Below, piece by piece: positions 33,448 to 37,474 of a stretch of 37,474 bases of DNA; position 1 is the stretch's first letter; the number at the start of each line of letters is the position of its first letter. The stretch lies in the IMG/VR virus record IMGVR_UViG_3300029787_000142, positions 1 to 37,474 of that record, one strand, 5' to 3'. The translations under genes were made by a program, and so were the position numbers. Origin of the DNA: a virus. Its lineage: Duplodnaviria > Caudoviricetes. The notes below the pieces were generated by a model, which did not search any database, had not been told where the DNA came from, and saw only the letters and a list, made by a program, of their open reading frames with translations.

Positions 33448-36272
33448 TGGCAGGACCACAAAGAAGCTTACCTCAATCAACAGTTGGCTCAGGAACAATA
33501 AGTGATTCTGAGTCTGGTTTTTTTGAAACCAGGGCTAAAAGAGAAGCAAGTGAGCTTAATGAGCGTCTTGCGCAAATGACCCCAGAGCAAAGAGCAAAGC
33601 AATTTGAAGGAATGCAATCGTCTAGGCCAAACATAATGCTTAGACAAGGTCGAATTGATCCAGAGCTTTTGCAAAGCAGACCAGAAGATGAAGATGCTGT
33701 TATGGCTTCAATTAGGTCTCCAAGAGATCCTTACCTTGAAAGCTTAGCTGAAGGAATTCGCTCAGATCAGGATCTTCAACAATCTATTTCTCGTTCTGCT
33801 GAAACTCAAGAAACTGGCCCATATTCTGGCGAGCTTGGAGGCTTTTCCGCTCCTGCAATTGATGACAGTTTGCCCGATGATGCAGCTACAAGGCTAGCAG
33901 AAGCTACTGGGATGCCAGTAGAAAAAGCAAGGCTTGCTTTGGGCATTACTGGAAAATCTACTGGAGTTAGTAAAGAAGTTGCAGATGGACCAAATCCAGG
34001 AGAGCCAGGGAGCGCTGGCCAGGACCCTAATGATCCTATGGCTATTGACCCTATGGATGACAAGCAAGTTCTTGAAAAAGCAAGAATGCTTGCGTTTGGA
34101 AAAAATAGTCCATTCGAAAAATATGGAGAAATCCAAGCAACTGCAATGTCAGAAATTGCCAAAAGCCAAAACAGGGTAAAGCAGCTTAAGCAAGAGTCTA
34201 TGGATGCAGGGTTAAATATAAGAAACCTTAATGAGGCAACTCAGGCTGAAAGAATCCTGTCAGAAAATTTTGCTCAAACAACAAGAAACGAAGAACTTGC
34301 ACTTCAATTAGAGCAAGAAGAAAGAAAAAAAGAATCATACGAAGAAGTCTTTGGAAGAGAAGGCGTTGCAACAAAATGGATGGAAACTAAAAAGCGTTAC
34401 ATGGATAACATCAAGGCTACTTCTCATATTGATGAAAGTGGTGCTTTTGGTTTTTCTACATGGGGTGAAACTTTTAGAACAATTGGAGCCGTTGTTGCAA
34501 TGGGCGCTCAAGTTGCCGGTAAAATTGCACTTGAGAAAAAAGGCTTAGGGGCAGCTTTGCCTAACATAGTTATGCCTTTAATTATGAAAGCAATTGATGC
34601 TGACATTAGAAGAGATGAAACAGCTTACAATCGAGCAAGGCAAGAAGGCGTAGAGCACTCTGGCTTAATAGATGACTTTTTAAAAATTTACGACAAAAAA
34701 GATGCAGCAATTAATGCTGTTTATGAGGTTGGAATTAATGCTGCAAGAGCAAGGCTTGCACACTTTAATAGCTTGCTTCCAGGCACTCCTGATAGTCAAT
34801 TAAGAAAAGATTACTATCAAGTAATTTTAGATCAACTTAATGAAAAAGCCATAGAGAAAGAAACAAATCAACTTAAAGCATTTGATGAACTTGAAAAATC
34901 ATTCTTAGCATCTTCTCTTGATAGCGAAGGAGCTATTAGAACTGCACGCTCAGCGCAAACTGCGCGCGGGCTTTCAATGATGAATGCTTACAAGGTTCTT
35001 AATGCTAAAGGCGAAGAAAAAACAGATAAGCTTCTTTGGGGCAATCTTGAAAAAGAAGCTGAAAAATCAGAAAGAGCATTTATAAGCAGAGCAAGAGAAA
35101 TTAAAGCTCTTTCGTCTGCTGTTATTGCTGAAGCTGGTGGAGAATTTGGATCTGTTCAGCAAATGCTTCTTATGTCTATTCAGGAAATTACAGATAGATT
35201 TGGCGACAAAATGCCTCCAGGCTTAACGGGAAAACTTTCTCAGCTTGAAGGTCTTATGAATACCCAAATTACAGCTTTTGCTAAAACCTTTGAAAACAAA
35301 CTCACAGAAGGTGACATTAAAAGATACGAAGCAATTCTTGGCAGCTTAAAAACTGCAAGTCTTGTTAATGTTTTAGCGAATCATTCACGCGCAGAGTATG
35401 CAGTTATGGAAAGCTATTTAACAAGAATGGCTATTTCTAGAAACTCTGGGGATTATGATCGTTATCGTCCTGCTTTTGTTGCGGCAATAGGAAACCCAGA
35501 AGAAGCTTTGTCTCGTTATGAGGATTCAATTAAAAGAAGACTTGAAATGGGTAAAGCCGGGGTTCTTAGAAGGCTAGATGTAGGATTGACTCCTTTTAGC
35601 ATTGCTTTAAGCCAGGGCCAGGAAATGAGTAATCTTACCAAGCTTGAAATAGAAAGAAGAATTAACGAGCCTGCTCAAGGATCTTTTAAATCTGATTTTG
35701 ATTCTATGAAAGAAGAGGCTCAAAGAAGAACAATTAGCAGACAAAAAGCAAAAAATGACTCTGCTGCACCTGCAAGCGTAAGCCTTACAGGAATGCCTAC
35801 AACTCCAGGCGGAAACCCTCAGCCTAAAAAAGAAGCAAATAACTACACTGCTCCTTTGGCTAACATGAAGTTAACTAGCAAGTTTAATAAGCCTGGAGAA
35901 TACAGAACACATAAAGGCAAAAAATCTAGACACAAGGGTGCTGACTTTAGAGCAAAAGTAGGAACTCCTTTATACTCTCCATTTAATGGCACAATTATAG
36001 AAGCAAAAATGACAGGAAATAAAACACCAAACGGAAACTACATTCGAATAAAGGATGATAAAACAGGTTACGAATGGGCCTTTATACACTTAGATGCATT
36101 TGACGAATCTCTTGCTGAGGGAAGAAAAGTTCCTCCAGGATTTGTTCTTGGAAAAACTGGCAAGTCAGGAAAAGGAAACGTAGATGCTCACCTGCATATT
36201 CAGGTAAAAGATGCAAAAGACAATATAATTGATCCTGCTCCGCTGTTAGCCCAGTACTTGGGAAATAGATAA
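33447..36272 (+). CDS. Putative ejection protein with C-terminal M23 peptidase
   Basis: HKGAD (HxxxD), GTP..SP..G, GNYI.I, FIHL, G.SG, HLH. Confidence 0.85.
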   Translation: MAGPQRSLPQSTVGSGTISDSESGFFETRAKREASELNERLAQMTPEQRAKQFEGMQSSRPNIMLRQGRIDPELLQSRPEDEDAVMASIRSPRDPYLESLAEGIRSDQDLQQSISRSAETQETGPYSGELGGFSAPAIDDSLPDDAATRLAEATGMPVEKARLALGITGKSTGVSKEVADGPNPGEPGSAGQDPNDPMAIDPMDDKQVLEKARMLAFGKNSPFEKYGEIQATAMSEIAKSQNRVKQLKQESMDAGLNIRNLNEATQAERILSENFAQTTRNEELALQLEQEERKKESYEEVFGREGVATKWMETKKRYMDNIKATSHIDESGAFGFSTWGETFRTIGAVVAMGAQVAGKIALEKKGLGAALPNIVMPLIMKAIDADIRRDETAYNRARQEGVEHSGLIDDFLKIYDKKDAAINAVYEVGINAARARLAHFNSLLPGTPDSQLRKDYYQVILDQLNEKAIEKETNQLKAFDELEKSFLASSLDSEGAIRTARSAQTARGLSMMNAYKVLNAKGEEKTDKLLWGNLEKEAEKSERAFISRAREIKALSSAVIAEAGGEFGSVQQMLLMSIQEITDRFGDKMPPGLTGKLSQLEGLMNTQITAFAKTFENKLTEGDIKRYEAILGSLKTASLVNVLANHSRAEYAVMESYLTRMAISRNSGDYDRYRPAFVAAIGNPEEALSRYEDSIKRRLEMGKAGVLRRLDVGLTPFSIALSQGQEMSNLTKLEIERRINEPAQGSFKSDFDSMKEEAQRRTISRQKAKNDSAAPASVSLTGMPTTPGGNPQPKKEANNYTAPLANMKLTSKFNKPGEYRTHKGKKSRHKGADFRAKVGTPLYSPFNGTIIEAKMTGNKTPNGNYIRIKDDKTGYEWAFIHLDAFDESLAEGRKVPPGFVLGKTGKSGKGNVDAHLHIQVKDAKDNIIDPAPLLAQYLGNR

Positions 36273-36282
36273 GAGGCATTAA

Positions 36283-37474
36283 ATGGCACAGCTTTGGAAT
36301 AAAAAAGAGCAACGCATTGAAGAAAACGTTGCAGATTCAGATGTTCAGGAAAGAGTTTTTTCTGGATCTTATGATTTTCTTGGCGGCCCTAATGCTAACA
36401 TTGCATTAGACCTAGGAGAAGGAAGTCCTACCTACGTTCCCGCATCTAACGCAGCTAAGTATATACAGTCTGGTGCAACTTACTTAACTCCTGTTCAAGT
36501 TCGCCAGATGAAAGAAAACCGGGAGTTCGCTGAAAGTGGACTAGGGGCCTTGTCTGCTATTGCTACAGGAACAGACCAGTATCTTTTTGCAGGAGCTGGT
36601 AGTCATGTTCTTGAGGCAATGGGAATAATTCCTGAAGGGCAAGTAGAAGCAATTCAGCATGCAAGCCCTTACATCAATCACGGTGCTGGCTTAGCCACCA
36701 GCATACTTGGCGCACTTGGGTCATTCGGAACAAGCGCAGCTGCACAGGCAGGGATAAAAGGAACTGCTGCTGCAACAAGAGGCGCAACTGCTATGGCCCA
36801 AAAAGCAGCTGCACAACAAGCGCTAGATAGGTCAGCTAAGTCTATTGTCTCCAAGGGTTATGACGCTACAAAAACAGCTTTATCAAATTACACACTGCCA
36901 GGCATTGGAACCAAGGCAGCGCTTGCAGTAGAAAAAGGAGCCAACAAATGGCTCATGAGGCAAGGCGATAAGCTTGTTCCTAAAAGATTAGCCAGTAGCG
37001 AAATTGCAAAAAGATATGGGCCAGCAGCCGCTAAAATAACATCTGCAACTATTGGGGCTGGAGTCGAGGGTGGAATCTGGGGCTTAGGAGAAGGCGTTTC
37101 TGAGGCAATTGTAGGAGCACCTGAAGAGTCAGCAGAGCATATTCTTGATTCAGTTGGAACAAATATGCTTCTTGGAATGGCATTGGGCGGTGGAGTTGCT
37201 GGAATTGTTCCTTTTATTACCGGGGCAAAAGGTGCTGCCGTAAACATTGCTGATAAATTTTTAGATTTTTCAGGAAGCAAAACCTCAGCACTTAGCAAAA
37301 AATTTGAGCCTTACTTAACTGCGGTTGCAGAAGCAGGCGGAGAGTCGCCAGAGTCTGTTGCTTGGTTAAGGAAAGCAGCTCTAGGAGATCTTGACCTTGT
37401 TAAGGAGCTAGACAACTTTCAAAACAACATGGCTGGAAGTGCAGATAAAGCAGCAAAGCTTTTAGATCTTCTTA
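36283..37474 (+). CDS. N-terminal part of the ~1375-aa junction-spanning protein (absent from ORF track)
   Basis: GAGG RBS. MAQLWNKKEQRIEE... is open to the window end and continues in frame to 3042. Confidence 0.85.
   Translation, partial: MAQLWNKKEQRIEENVADSDVQERVFSGSYDFLGGPNANIALDLGEGSPTYVPASNAAKYIQSGATYLTPVQVRQMKENREFAESGLGALSAIATGTDQYLFAGAGSHVLEAMGIIPEGQVEAIQHASPYINHGAGLATSILGALGSFGTSAAAQAGIKGTAAATRGATAMAQKAAAQQALDRSAKSIVSKGYDATKTALSNYTLPGIGTKAALAVEKGANKWLMRQGDKLVPKRLASSEIAKRYGPAAAKITSATIGAGVEGGIWGLGEGVSEAIVGAPEESAEHILDSVGTNMLLGMALGGGVAGIVPFITGAKGAAVNIADKFLDFSGSKTSALSKKFEPYLTAVAEAGGESPESVAWLRKAALGDLDLVKELDNFQNNMAGSADKAAKLLDLL
37369..37474. repeat. Terminal direct repeat, copy 2
   Basis: Identical to 1-106. 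Confidence 0.97.

Overview
The window looks like a complete, circularly assembled dsDNA phage genome. Positions 1-106 repeat exactly at 37369-37474, giving a unit length of 37368 bp. The architecture is podovirus-like. A + strand late arm starts at 19079 and wraps through the junction to 8969: TerS candidate, GNAT-like protein, TerL, portal, scaffold, capsid, adaptor, nozzle, three large ejection/core-type proteins (one of about 1375 aa crossing the junction), a tail fibre with S74 chaperone, holin-like genes, five Lys-rich mini-genes and an M15A endolysin. A - strand early arm (18060 down to 8947) holds small hypothetical genes, a PD-(D/E)XK nuclease, a Sak4-like ATPase, an SSB-like protein, a replication initiator, a DnaC-like loader, a resolvase and an Xis-like HTH. 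I recognised no integrase, polymerase, tRNA or CRISPR. Strongest unexplained signals: (1) a candidate -1 frameshift (GGAGG..G GGA AAG, 6482-6506) fusing a holin-like protein to a YadA-anchor-like four-strand domain, possibly a new spanin-type lysis device; (2) a roughly 700-bp GC-rich non-coding array of GNA/AGA-triloop hairpins (16283-16976) that appears built to fold as + strand ssDNA; (3) two early-gene leaders with different stems but the same ACGGAACA loop (CsrA/RsmA-like); (4) three - strand RNA helices enclosing 45-51 nt loops; (5) an ejection-type protein with three S74-like cleavage motifs. Family assignments come from motif recall, not database searches.
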